Shown one piece after another: positions 10,415 through 19,391 of a stretch of DNA of 64,000 nt. Under the pieces are notes generated by a model, which had not been told where the DNA came from, did no database searches, and saw only the letters and a list, made by a program, of their open reading frames with translations. Position 1 is the first letter of the stretch, and each line of letters starts with the position of its first letter. Source of the stretch: an uncultured delta proteobacterium (GTDB taxonomy: Bacteria; Desulfobacterota; Binatia; Bin18); the NCBI GenBank assembly GCA_963733195.1, contig CAVTCR010000005.1, forward strand, positions 17,132-81,131. The letters are read 5' to 3'. A program made the translations under genes and the position numbers.

Positions 10415-10563
10415 AAGAAGAGGGAAACATCGCAAATGAGCCATTTTCGCTGAAGTGAAACGGTTTCACTTGAACAACGATGTGATCGTATGGTGTTCTC
10501 GCTGTCGTTCACTCCTCATCCGAGCGTACATCACTTTGATTAAAGCCGTACACAGTGAAGCCA

Positions 10564-10809
10564 TCATTTCGGATGCTTCATAATATCGAGCAACACATAC
10601 ATGTCTCGGTCGATCTGGAAATAAAAGCGCCAGTCTTGATTGACTCGCGCTTGCCAGATGTCGTTTGCTTCGTCGTACTTCTTGGCGCGGAGGGACGAGT
10701 GGCGAATATCTTGAACGAGATACGCAGCCTGCTTATCAAAGGTTCGCTGGATACGGGCGGGGGCGCTTCCGTACGCTTTCAGGAAGCGCTCAGTATAGTG
10801 AACGCGCAT
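10564..10809 (-). CDS. RelE/ParE-superfamily toxin
   Basis: YTERFLKAY..., HSSLRAKK, IWQARVNQDWRFYF, DIMKHPK. Confidence 0.8.
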   Translation of the reverse strand: MRVHYTERFLKAYGSAPARIQRTFDKQAAYLVQDIRHSSLRAKKYDEANDIWQARVNQDWRFYFQIDRDMYVLLDIMKHPK

Positions 10810-11108
10810 TACCGGGCTTTCTGAGTTTTCTCGGCCTTTACCCTTCTGGTCCTTCGGCGAAGATCGCTAACCAACTCCTTCGCTGAGTTGAAGGGGCCGT
10901 ATACACGTCCGGCCTTTACATCATCCAGCGCTTCACGGAGGCGCGCATCAACTGCCGGATGCCGATCAACTACGGCCTTGGGTTTCAGCGTGATAACGTT
11001 CCCCTTCGCGGTAGCTTCCAACAAGTCGCCCACCTCAAGACCAGCCTGCTTCCGGACATGGTCAGGGATTGTAACTTGAAACTTCTGTTTAATGCGTACG
11101 AGGGGCAT
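10809..11108 (-). CDS. AbrB/MazE/SpoVT family antitoxin
   Basis: VRIKQKFQVTIPDHVRKQAGLEVGDLLE; C-terminal GRVYGPF; TAATG coupling to the toxin. Confidence 0.87.
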   Translation of the reverse strand: MPLVRIKQKFQVTIPDHVRKQAGLEVGDLLEATAKGNVITLKPKAVVDRHPAVDARLREALDDVKAGRVYGPFNSAKELVSDLRRRTRRVKAEKTQKAR

Positions 11109-11291
11109 AGATGCTTGATTATCTCCTTTCATAAATTTGTGATAAATACTGTTGCGCTAGAACAAGCCCGACTCGATATTTTCTCAACTCGGAAGGCATG
11201 TTGGCAAAGCTGGTAGAAACTTCCATCCGCAAAAGCGCAACCCTGGGTCAACACTGAGAAATCAGGCACGATTCTTATACCCATAAAAATC

Positions 11292-11319
11292 AAAAAGCCC
11301 CTGAATGATCAAGGGCTTA
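11292..11319 (-). terminator. Intrinsic terminator downstream of tRNA-Gly
   Basis: AAGCCC..GGGCTT hairpin followed by a T-tract on the minus strand. Confidence 0.65.
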
Positions 11320-11326
11320 GGAGTGA

Positions 11327-11400
11327 AGCGGGTGACCGGGGTCGAACCGGCGACCTTGTGCTTGGCAAGCACACGCTCTAGCCAACTGAGCTACACCCGC
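11327..11400 (-). tRNA. tRNA-Gly (GCC), CCA not encoded
   Basis: GCGGGTGTAGCTCAGTTGGCTAGAGCG-TGTGC TTGCCAA GCACA-AGGTCGCCGGTTCGACCCCGGTCACCCGCT. Confidence 0.97.
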
Positions 11401-11530
11401 ACAGGTAAAGGTAAATGTAACATAGCGAGGAGGAGTGTCAACGGCGACTGCCCTCTCGAATCTGTTCTTCAGCTTGCATGAGGTGGCCTAGATCAGTACG
11501 ATAAGCGGGTTCCTACGCTAAGGTGCGATT

Positions 11531-12685
11531 ATGGACTTTGCTTTTACTGAAGACCAACGGCTACTCCAACAGACCCTGAGGCAATTCGCCAAGGAACAAT
11601 TACTGCCCAATTACGCGCGCTGGGACCGAGGCGAAATCATTAGCCGAGACGCCATCAAAGAAGCCGCGAAGTTGGGCGTCTTCGGCCTACGCGTGCCCAG
11701 CAAATTTGGTGGACTAGAAAGTGACTATGTCACCTGCGGTCTCATGACCGAAGAACTCTCACGCGGCGACTTTAACTACAGCCTCTATATTCAGCTGGGC
11801 CTCATTGCTTCGGAATTACTCGCCGAGTTTGCCCACCCGGACGTTCAGGCCGAATGGTTACCGCGACATGCCACTGGTGACGCGGTTATTGCCTTTGGGT
11901 TAACGGAACCCAGTGCCGGCTCTGATGCTGCCAACATTATAACTCGCGCGGTCAAGATGGGGGATGATTATGTCATCACTGGCGAGAAGGCCTCAATTAC
12001 CTTTGCTGGTTATGCCGATGCTTGTATCGTTTTTGCCCGTACCGGCGATCATGGTGCACGGGGCATTTCCGCTTTCTTAGTTCCGCTCGATGCACTCGGA
12101 GTGACACGACAGGTGTATAAAACTCCAGGGGAACGACTGACACAACGAGGGTCCCTCTTTTTCGACGGAGTACGGGTCCCTGCCCGAAACCGGATGGGAG
12201 ACGAAAGTCGTGGGTTCGCCCAAGCCATGATTGCCTTCGACTTCAACCGAGCGATTATCGCCCTTGCCTGCGTTGGCGCAGCGCAGCAATCACTTGATGA
12301 AACGATCGAGTACACCAAAGGTCGACAAGTATTCGGGAAACCACTGGCGAAATTCGAAGGGGTAGCTTTTCAGGTCGCCGAGTATCTGACCTTGATCGAA
12401 GCTGCACGGCTGGTATCCTACAAATGTCTGTGGCTGAAAGAGCAAGGCCAGAAACATACCAAAGAAGCTGCCATGGCAAAGTGGATGGGGCCAAAGGTTT
12501 CTGCTGAAGCCATCCACGCTTGTATCATTCTGCATGGACATTACGGCTACAACATGGACTCACCGTTAGAGCAACGCTGGCGCGATGTTGTCGGGCTCGA
12601 GATCGGGGATGGCACGCCAGAAATTATGAAAGGGGTGGTAGCGCGGGAAGCTTTTGGCCGTGAGTATACGTCATATCGAGACTAA
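11531..12685 (+). CDS. Acyl-CoA dehydrogenase (cyclohexanecarboxyl-CoA dehydrogenase-like)
   Basis: FGLTEPSAGSDA, GEKASIT, RQVFGKPL, HGHYGY, EIGDGT. Confidence 0.92.
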   Translation: MDFAFTEDQRLLQQTLRQFAKEQLLPNYARWDRGEIISRDAIKEAAKLGVFGLRVPSKFGGLESDYVTCGLMTEELSRGDFNYSLYIQLGLIASELLAEFAHPDVQAEWLPRHATGDAVIAFGLTEPSAGSDAANIITRAVKMGDDYVITGEKASITFAGYADACIVFARTGDHGARGISAFLVPLDALGVTRQVYKTPGERLTQRGSLFFDGVRVPARNRMGDESRGFAQAMIAFDFNRAIIALACVGAAQQSLDETIEYTKGRQVFGKPLAKFEGVAFQVAEYLTLIEAARLVSYKCLWLKEQGQKHTKEAAMAKWMGPKVSAEAIHACIILHGHYGYNMDSPLEQRWRDVVGLEIGDGTPEIMKGVVAREAFGREYTSYRD

Positions 12686-13142
12686 CTAACAAAATGAAGT
12701 CCTATTCTCTTCTTATTTTTGAGTCCAGGCAAATGGCCTCTAGTATTGCCAATTTCCCCCGTTCGTCGATTACAATGGGGAGTAAGGAAACGGGCAGATT
12801 TCGCCCACGGCTTGGTGGGCTGTCCGCATGATGAGGATCGTACTGCGCAAGCACTCCAGTACGAGTGTGGTAGTCGCGATGATAGTCGCGAAGGAGGTGG
12901 CCCATGAGACTACTGAACGATGTCCGGACCGAACAGCAACGACTCGCGTATTTGCTCGGAGGAAATGTTGAGCTATACCGCGGCACGGGGCACTGGACTG
13001 GGGCAATGATTGGAGTCGTCTTTGCAGCGGCAATCGGCCTCGTGCTCGTATGGTACTTCTCTCAATTCACGATTCTGTAGCTCTGACAACAAGGTTGTGG
13101 GAGTCACAAAATGTTGATCCTCCCACAGCCAGATCTCTTTAC

Positions 13143-14876
13143 TTACTGTAGAGCGCGTGTCACAGCGGCAACGAGCGTCGTCAGCCCGGCCTCAACATCT
13201 TTGCCCAGATGTACCCGCAGTGCCCGTCGCCTACGTTCGACTAATACCTGGAAATCCCCACGTGCCTGCGCAGCTTTCACGACACCAAACGTGTAGCGCT
13301 GTCCAGGCACCGGCACATCAACCGCATCTTCACAGGTAATCTGCAGAAACACTCCGCTGTTCGGCCCCCCTTTATAAGCTTGACCAGTGGAATGCAGGAA
13401 TCGCGGGCCAAATCCGAGACACGTCGCGACACGTTTGCGATCTCGTACAAGATGACGGATCGTCTGGAGCGTACGTTGATGGGCGTCGTTCATCGCAATG
13501 TAGGCGAGAATCCCGCAGTAATCGCCAGGTCGTATCTGATCAAGGTACGCTTTCAGTACATTGTCTAAGGAAAGGGCATGATTCACTGCTTGTTTTATTG
13601 CTATCGTATTGCGCTCATCGGTGAAGAGGGACAGTCCGTTCTCAACCAGAAGCGGCGCTTCCGGCGGAAGCGTTCCGGTTTGTTCATAGGCTGTCGTCAA
13701 CTGCCGGGTCTCGATTTTGCTCGCTTCTACATCCGGCTGATCGAACGGGTGAATCCCAATAATCGCCCCAGCCACTGCCGTGGCGATCTCCCAGCGAAAA
13801 AACTCTTGTCCGAGATCGTAGGGATCTGAGATGGTGATCCGTACAACCGGCTGCCCAGCTTTCTCCAGCGCAGCTACCGCGGCTTCCTGCGAAGCATCAA
13901 GCGCCGAAGCAAAAGCGGTGTAGACAAAAACCCGATCGTTACCGTACACCGTTGGCGCACCCAACGATTCGAGATCAATAGGAACGAGCCCCTTCCCTTG
14001 CTTTCCAGTCGATTCTGCCAGGAGTTGCTCAAGCCAAGCACCCAGGTCAAAGATTCGTGGAGAAGTAATCAGCGTAACCTTGTCGCGGCCGTGTCGTGCT
14101 GCCACCCCCAGAATGGTTCCCAGTATGACTCCAGGATTTTCTTCTGGCGGAACGTTCGCACCACACGCATGTACCATGATTTCTGCTCGCTGGAGAAACC
14201 GCCGCACATCGATACCCATCGCTGCCGCGGGCACCATGCCGAAAGCCGACAGCGCAGAATAGCGTCCACCAATACTTGAGACACCAAAGAAGATGCGGCG
14301 AAAGCCGTCACCCTCAGCTACTTGCTGCATTTTCGAGCCCGGATCGGTAATTGCGATAAACCGTTTCCCCACTTCCTGCGCGCCGACCACGGCTTTCACT
14401 CGCTCAAAGAAATATTGCTTAAAAATGTTTGGTTCGAGGGTACTTCCCGACTTACTCGCGACAATGAACAGAGAGTGAGCCAAGTCTACTTTTCGTTCCG
14501 CAGCCAGAACTTGGGCTGGATCAGTCGAGTCAAGAATGTGGAGTGTAGGAAACCCGGCCTGTGGCCCAAAAGTAAACGCCATCACTTCTGGGCAGAGGCT
14601 TGATCCTCCCATGCCTAGTAACAAGATGTCACGAAACGACATCTGCCGTATCTCGTTGGCGAATTGACCGAGCGTCTCACTCAGCGCCAACTGCTCTTGG
14701 ACGACAGTAAGCCAGCCAATCCATTTGTCTTCATCGGCTCCAGTCCAGAGGGCTGCGTCCTTCTCCCATAACTTGCGCACCTTCCCTTGCGTTCGCCAGT
14801 CTACAAGCGAGGCCTGCACGTGTTGCGTAAGATCATTTGGTAAATGGTAACTGAGACGACCAATATTTGCTTCCAT
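13143..14876 (-). CDS. pgi: Glucose-6-phosphate isomerase (PGI part of the Tal-Pgi type)
   Basis: LGMGGSSL, ASKSGSTLE, GGRYSALS, EQLLAESTGK, FDQPDVEASK, HSTGQAYKGG; no transaldolase domain. Confidence 0.8.
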   Translation of the reverse strand: MEANIGRLSYHLPNDLTQHVQASLVDWRTQGKVRKLWEKDAALWTGADEDKWIGWLTVVQEQLALSETLGQFANEIRQMSFRDILLLGMGGSSLCPEVMAFTFGPQAGFPTLHILDSTDPAQVLAAERKVDLAHSLFIVASKSGSTLEPNIFKQYFFERVKAVVGAQEVGKRFIAITDPGSKMQQVAEGDGFRRIFFGVSSIGGRYSALSAFGMVPAAAMGIDVRRFLQRAEIMVHACGANVPPEENPGVILGTILGVAARHGRDKVTLITSPRIFDLGAWLEQLLAESTGKQGKGLVPIDLESLGAPTVYGNDRVFVYTAFASALDASQEAAVAALEKAGQPVVRITISDPYDLGQEFFRWEIATAVAGAIIGIHPFDQPDVEASKIETRQLTTAYEQTGTLPPEAPLLVENGLSLFTDERNTIAIKQAVNHALSLDNVLKAYLDQIRPGDYCGILAYIAMNDAHQRTLQTIRHLVRDRKRVATCLGFGPRFLHSTGQAYKGGPNSGVFLQITCEDAVDVPVPGQRYTFGVVKAAQARGDFQVLVERRRRALRVHLGKDVEAGLTTLVAAVTRALQ

Positions 14877-14945
14877 AGCACTCTCCTTCCCATGTTCAAC
14901 CTATCGCCTTTCCTCTGCGCGAGCAAAGAATTACCTCGAAGAATT

Positions 14946-16265
14946 TCAGGAAACCAACGACTTCTCACATGCACGCCCAGCAAGGTAACCGGTGGCCCAG
15001 GCCCACTGGAAATTGAAGCCACCGATACGCCCATCGCAATCAAGCATTTCCCCGATTAGGTAGAGTCCTGCCACTTTGCGCGATTCCATAGTGCGATAGT
15101 CTATTTCTTGTAGTGGTATCCCACCAGCCGTGACTTCGGCGAAATTCCAGCCACGATCGCGTTCGATCGGTAAGACAAAACTGGTTAACCCGTGAACAAG
15201 AACTCGCCGTCGTTCGCGTACGAGCTGGCCGAGCAGTAAGCTCGGCTCAAGACCAACCTCCTGCAGAAGTGCCCGTGCCAAACGATCAGGCAAACGTTCT
15301 GCAAGCAGGTTATTCACCGTGCCCCGAGGTCTGGCAGTCGCCATAGTGATCAGCCACTTCTCTACCTGTTCAAAGTTTTGTCCGGGCAAGAAGTTGCACC
15401 GCATCTCGGCTGCCACTCCCTGAGCTCCAGCAAGGGTCCAATGGCGACTCGCATCCATCACCACCGGACCACTCACGCCGAAGTGTGTCCACAATAAACT
15501 GCCAGTGCGGCGGTCAACGACTTTACCATTCACTACCGTAGACAGCTCAACAACAGTAGCTATGCCCGATAACTCAGCATGAAACATTGCCTCCTGTAAA
15601 ACCAGCGGCACTAACGCTGGAACTGTTGTCGTCACCGAGTGGCCGAGCCGTTGGACAATCTCCCATCCGTTGCCATCACTTCCTGTTTTTGGCAGTGATC
15701 GGCCCCCAGTCGAGAGAATCACACGTCGGGCTTGTAATTCTCCATGTTCCCAACGAACAGTAAAAATCTTATCCTGTGGATCAGCAAGAGAGATCCTCTC
15801 CTTTTGTGGGAGAGGACTAGGGTGAAGGGAAATCGACGGAAGGATATCCAGAACGTGGTGCTCAGTCAGAATGGTGACACCAAGCTCTTCGCACCGCCGC
15901 AAAAGCGCCTGTAGTATAGTCCGAGCACTATCAGACACTGGAAAGAGCTTACCTGTATCCTCCCGTTTCAGCAGAACCCCTAGCGATGCAAACCAACGAA
16001 CAGTGGCTTTCTCATTAAAGGCAGCGAGGATATTACGTACGATATTGTGCGACCCATAATAGTCCTCAGGGTGGATTTCATCGTGAGTCACATTACAGCG
16101 GCCGCCACCAGAGACCAGAATTTTTGCGCCGATTTTTCGTGCTGAGTCGAGGACGACAATTGATGGGGAAGCATTTTTCTCCCGCGCTGCTTCCGCAGCA
16201 AAAATCGCAGCAGATAACCCGGCTGCTCCCGCACCAACGATAACGATGTCGTACCTCTGTTCCAT
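14946..16265 (-). CDS. HI0933/BaiN family flavoprotein
   Basis: GAGAAG, KILVSGGGRCNVT, TGSDGNG, THFGVSGP, VTAGG, GGFNFQWAWATG. Confidence 0.93.
   Translation of the reverse strand: MEQRYDIVIVGAGAAGLSAAIFAAEAAREKNASPSIVVLDSARKIGAKILVSGGGRCNVTHDEIHPEDYYGSHNIVRNILAAFNEKATVRWFASLGVLLKREDTGKLFPVSDSARTILQALLRRCEELGVTILTEHHVLDILPSISLHPSPLPQKERISLADPQDKIFTVRWEHGELQARRVILSTGGRSLPKTGSDGNGWEIVQRLGHSVTTTVPALVPLVLQEAMFHAELSGIATVVELSTVVNGKVVDRRTGSLLWTHFGVSGPVVMDASRHWTLAGAQGVAAEMRCNFLPGQNFEQVEKWLITMATARPRGTVNNLLAERLPDRLARALLQEVGLEPSLLLGQLVRERRRVLVHGLTSFVLPIERDRGWNFAEVTAGGIPLQEIDYRTMESRKVAGLYLIGEMLDCDGRIGGFNFQWAWATGYLAGRACEKSLVS
15795..15830. repeat. Palindromic repeat inserted in frame in the flavoprotein gene
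   Basis: CCTCTCCTTTTGTGGGAGAGGACTAGGGTGAAGGG, similar to intergenic 18622-18657. Confidence 0.7.
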
Positions 16266-16384
16266 AGTGTCTTTAACATGCCAGAGACGGCCAAGAGATG
16301 AACTCCCCTTTGTGCCCAGCTTCCACTAGCATCCCCGACACGATAAGGAGGAATCAAACAACAAGGACGAAAAGGACACAAAAC

Positions 16385-17335
16385 ATGTCACCAACTTGGA
16401 CAGAACGACAACTGACCGTGAACAACCTCTCCATGCACGTCGTTGAACAGGGTACCGGTCCCGCAGTGGTCTTATGCCACGGCTTTCCTGAATTGTGGTA
16501 TTCATGGCGGCATCAGATTCCAGCGCTCGCCGGCGCCGGATTTCATGTCATTGCCCCCGACATGCGTGGGTATGGGAAGACTACGGCTCCTCCACGGGTC
16601 GAAGACTACGGAATGGAAAGCATTTGTGGAGATATGGTCGGGCTTCTTGATGCACTGAATAAGAAGTCGGCGGTGTTCGTTGGGCATGATTGGGGTGGCG
16701 TGGTCGTGTGGTCGATGGCGCTTCATTATCCTGATCGGGTGCGAGCAGTCGCTGGTATCAATACGCCATTTCTTGAACGTGCCGCACTCAATCCGGCCTG
16801 GGTGCAACGCGGCACCAAATGGGATTATCAAGTCTACTTCAACGAAGTCGGTAAAGCGGAAGAAGAATTCAGTCGTAATGTCCGCCGCGTATTTACGCTA
16901 CTCTTCCGCACGAGCAAACCTGAAGATGGTGGGGGTGATCCAGTGGGCCTCACTTCAACGGTCATGCAACGCGGTGGCATGCTAGTGGGTCTCCCGGAAG
17001 ACGTGCCGCGTAGCATCATGTTGACTCAAGAAGATCTGGACTATTTTGTCCGTGAATACGAACGTACAGGCTTTCGTGGTGGGCTCAATTGGTATCGCAA
17101 TGTGCCACGCAACTGGGAATGGGGTGCGAAGGTCGCAGGAAAACAAGTATTACAACCTGCACTGATGGTGACTGCTGGTAAAGATGGCGTGCTGACTCCC
17201 GACATGGCCGACGGCATGGAACATTGGGTACCAAACCTCACACGTGGTCATATCGAGCAATGCGGCCATTGGACCCAGCAAGAAGAGCCGGAGAAATTGA
17301 ATCGCTTTTTAATTGATTGGTTACAATCACTGTAA
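16385..17335 (+). CDS. Epoxide hydrolase-like alpha/beta hydrolase
   Basis: HGFPELWYSWRHQ, GHDWGG, LNWYRN, GHWTQQE. Confidence 0.92.
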   Translation: MSPTWTERQLTVNNLSMHVVEQGTGPAVVLCHGFPELWYSWRHQIPALAGAGFHVIAPDMRGYGKTTAPPRVEDYGMESICGDMVGLLDALNKKSAVFVGHDWGGVVVWSMALHYPDRVRAVAGINTPFLERAALNPAWVQRGTKWDYQVYFNEVGKAEEEFSRNVRRVFTLLFRTSKPEDGGGDPVGLTSTVMQRGGMLVGLPEDVPRSIMLTQEDLDYFVREYERTGFRGGLNWYRNVPRNWEWGAKVAGKQVLQPALMVTAGKDGVLTPDMADGMEHWVPNLTRGHIEQCGHWTQQEEPEKLNRFLIDWLQSL

Positions 17336-17470
17336 AAGAAGAAGAAGATTCATAGATCCCCGAAGCGACGTTGAAGGCAACGCCTGCGCGATAATTGCGC
17401 TCTTGCCAGAGTACCTCTGATGTGGGAGTAAGGCTCTTAGGAATACACAACCACAAAGGAGGGCCGCACT

Positions 17471-18592
17471 ATGCAGTTAGGCAGAGTTGTTGATTCTGAC
17501 GGTCACGTACTGGAACCACCTGATCTGTGGAAGAATAACCTCGAAGCCAAGTTTAAGAGTCGCGCGCCGTACCTCGCTCGCGATGAAGAAGGCTGGGAAT
17601 CACTCATCGTGGACGGCAAACCCTCTCCCATTAGCCGTGGTTTGGGCGTCGCCTCAGCCTATGGGCAGCCGACCGAAGTCGCCTTCTCGCGAGAGTTCGG
17701 CTATATGGATGGACCAGCAGGGGCGTATGATCCGCATGCCCGTATCAAGCTGCTCGATGAAGATGGCATTGATGCGGCAGTTCTCTACCCCACCCTCGGC
17801 TTATTATGGGAAGGTGAGGTCAATGACCCTGAACTCGCGATGGCGATCTGTCGAGTCTATAACGACTGGATCACTGATTTCTGTCGCTCCTATCCGACTC
17901 GTCTCTATCCGATTGCACACATCTCACTGATGGAGGTGGACCGCGCAGTCGCTGAACTCAAACGCTCAGCAAAACTGGGCGCCAAAGGCGTGATGCTCAC
18001 CCCCTGGCCAGCCAATAACAGAAGTTATGGCGATACCTACTACGATCCGTTTTGGCAGGTTGCCCAGGACCTCAACATTCCGGTTGGCCTTCATGTAATC
18101 GCCCGGCCTCAGTACCACGGCCATGAGTGGTACAAAAACCCAACGTTTCATGGTTCGGCGTTTTACTTTCTATCGGTGACACTAGGTTTCGATATTCAAG
18201 CGTCATTCGTGAGCTTCTTTGAAGGTGGAACGCTTGAACGTTTTCCGAATCTCAAATTACTCACACTTGAAGTCGGTGCTGGCTGGTTGCCTCATTTCAT
18301 CGAGCGGATGGACAGCAAGTGGGAGCACATCGGTCCCCTCACTGCGTGTAAACGGCCACCGAGTGAGTATTTCCGTCGCCAAGTATGGATTGGTGCTGAC
18401 GTGGACGAAAGTCTGATCCCCGCGGCAAGTGAACTCTGGGGTTCTGACAAGTTCTTCTGGTCCACCGATTTTCCGCACTTTGACGGATTCACCAAGCCGC
18501 TGGAGCGACTGAAGAAGAGTATCGCTAGTATGCCATTGAAAGATCAACAGAACATTCTCGGCGACAATGCGAGCCGCGCATACAATCTGTGA
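17471..18592 (+). CDS. Amidohydrolase_2 family protein
   Basis: DSDGHVLEP, LYPT, YNDW, GLH, LEVGAGW, STDFPHFD. Confidence 0.9.
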   Translation: MQLGRVVDSDGHVLEPPDLWKNNLEAKFKSRAPYLARDEEGWESLIVDGKPSPISRGLGVASAYGQPTEVAFSREFGYMDGPAGAYDPHARIKLLDEDGIDAAVLYPTLGLLWEGEVNDPELAMAICRVYNDWITDFCRSYPTRLYPIAHISLMEVDRAVAELKRSAKLGAKGVMLTPWPANNRSYGDTYYDPFWQVAQDLNIPVGLHVIARPQYHGHEWYKNPTFHGSAFYFLSVTLGFDIQASFVSFFEGGTLERFPNLKLLTLEVGAGWLPHFIERMDSKWEHIGPLTACKRPPSEYFRRQVWIGADVDESLIPAASELWGSDKFFWSTDFPHFDGFTKPLERLKKSIASMPLKDQQNILGDNASRAYNL

Positions 18593-18621
18593 CATTTTTA
18601 CAAATACGATGAATTCAGATT

Positions 18622-18657
18622 CCCTCTCCCCTTGTGGGAGAGGGACAGGGTGAGGGG
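18622..18657. repeat. Intergenic palindromic repeat (CCCTCTCCC..GGGAGAGGG..GGGTGAGGG)
   Basis: Hairpin between convergent genes; related copies at 15795-15830 and ~25788-25808. Confidence 0.75.
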
Positions 18658-18697
18658 GAACGGTATGAATCCGTTTCTTGTCACGCACTCTTCTGAA

Positions 18698-19237
18698 TTA
18701 CCTACCCCACGGCTCCAACTCGACCTGCAACGCATTGAGGTTCCGCGCCATCATGTTCCAGAAAGACGTGGCTGCGGTCAGTTCGATTGTGTTCTTCTGA
18801 CCGATCAGTTTCTCCACGCTCTTAAAGAGGTCGTCATCAACGCGACCTTTCGTGGTCAGATCGTCAGCATAGCGGAGAATCAGCTTATCGTTGTCAGTGA
18901 AGAGCGAGCTGGTCTGATAGGAACCAATACTATCGATTTGTTCTTGTGTCAGCCCCACCTGCTTAGCGATCGCGATATGCCGCACGAAACCATACTCACA
19001 GTTGAGCCGCTTCATAAGAATTAGCACGGCTAACTCGCGTTGTTGCTTGTCAAGCGAGGAGTCGTTCATAAAGTAATCGGCCAACGGAAAAACCCGCGAT
19101 GCTAGTTTCGGGCTGTTCGACAATGCTTTGACGACATTCGGTACTTGCTTCACCGAAAATCGTTGCACGAACGTATCGTACAACTGTCGCGCCTCACCGG
19201 TCAGTGTTTCTTTTTCAACGTAGGGTACTCGTGCCAT
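18698..19237 (-). CDS. Carboxymuconolactone decarboxylase/AhpD family protein
   Basis: MARVPYV.., RELAVL..LNCEYGFVRH; GGAGG RBS before 19237. Confidence 0.82.
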   Translation of the reverse strand: MARVPYVEKETLTGEARQLYDTFVQRFSVKQVPNVVKALSNSPKLASRVFPLADYFMNDSSLDKQQRELAVLILMKRLNCEYGFVRHIAIAKQVGLTQEQIDSIGSYQTSSLFTDNDKLILRYADDLTTKGRVDDDLFKSVEKLIGQKNTIELTAATSFWNMMARNLNALQVELEPWGR

Positions 19238-19391
19238 GTTGTGTTTTCCTCCTTTTCCATTCCAAGTTTCTTTCCCTCTACCTACCTCGCTTCGTTGACG
19301 CTGACAAGGGAAACGGTACAGCAACGATAGGTCGGGGAACGAGCAAACATAGGGTGGGCACTGTCCACTTGATGCGCTAACATAGGCTCTA

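Larger units (their letters stand above)
10325..11371. mobile_element. Integrase-less mini-island at tRNA-Gly carrying a TA pair
   Basis: Bounded by ~90 bp direct repeats; only two genes inside. Confidence 0.8.

Noticed and set aside
12700-13060. Short ORFs between the acyl-CoA dehydrogenase and pgi genes
   Set aside because: No recognisable motif or RBS in any frame; may be decayed DNA.
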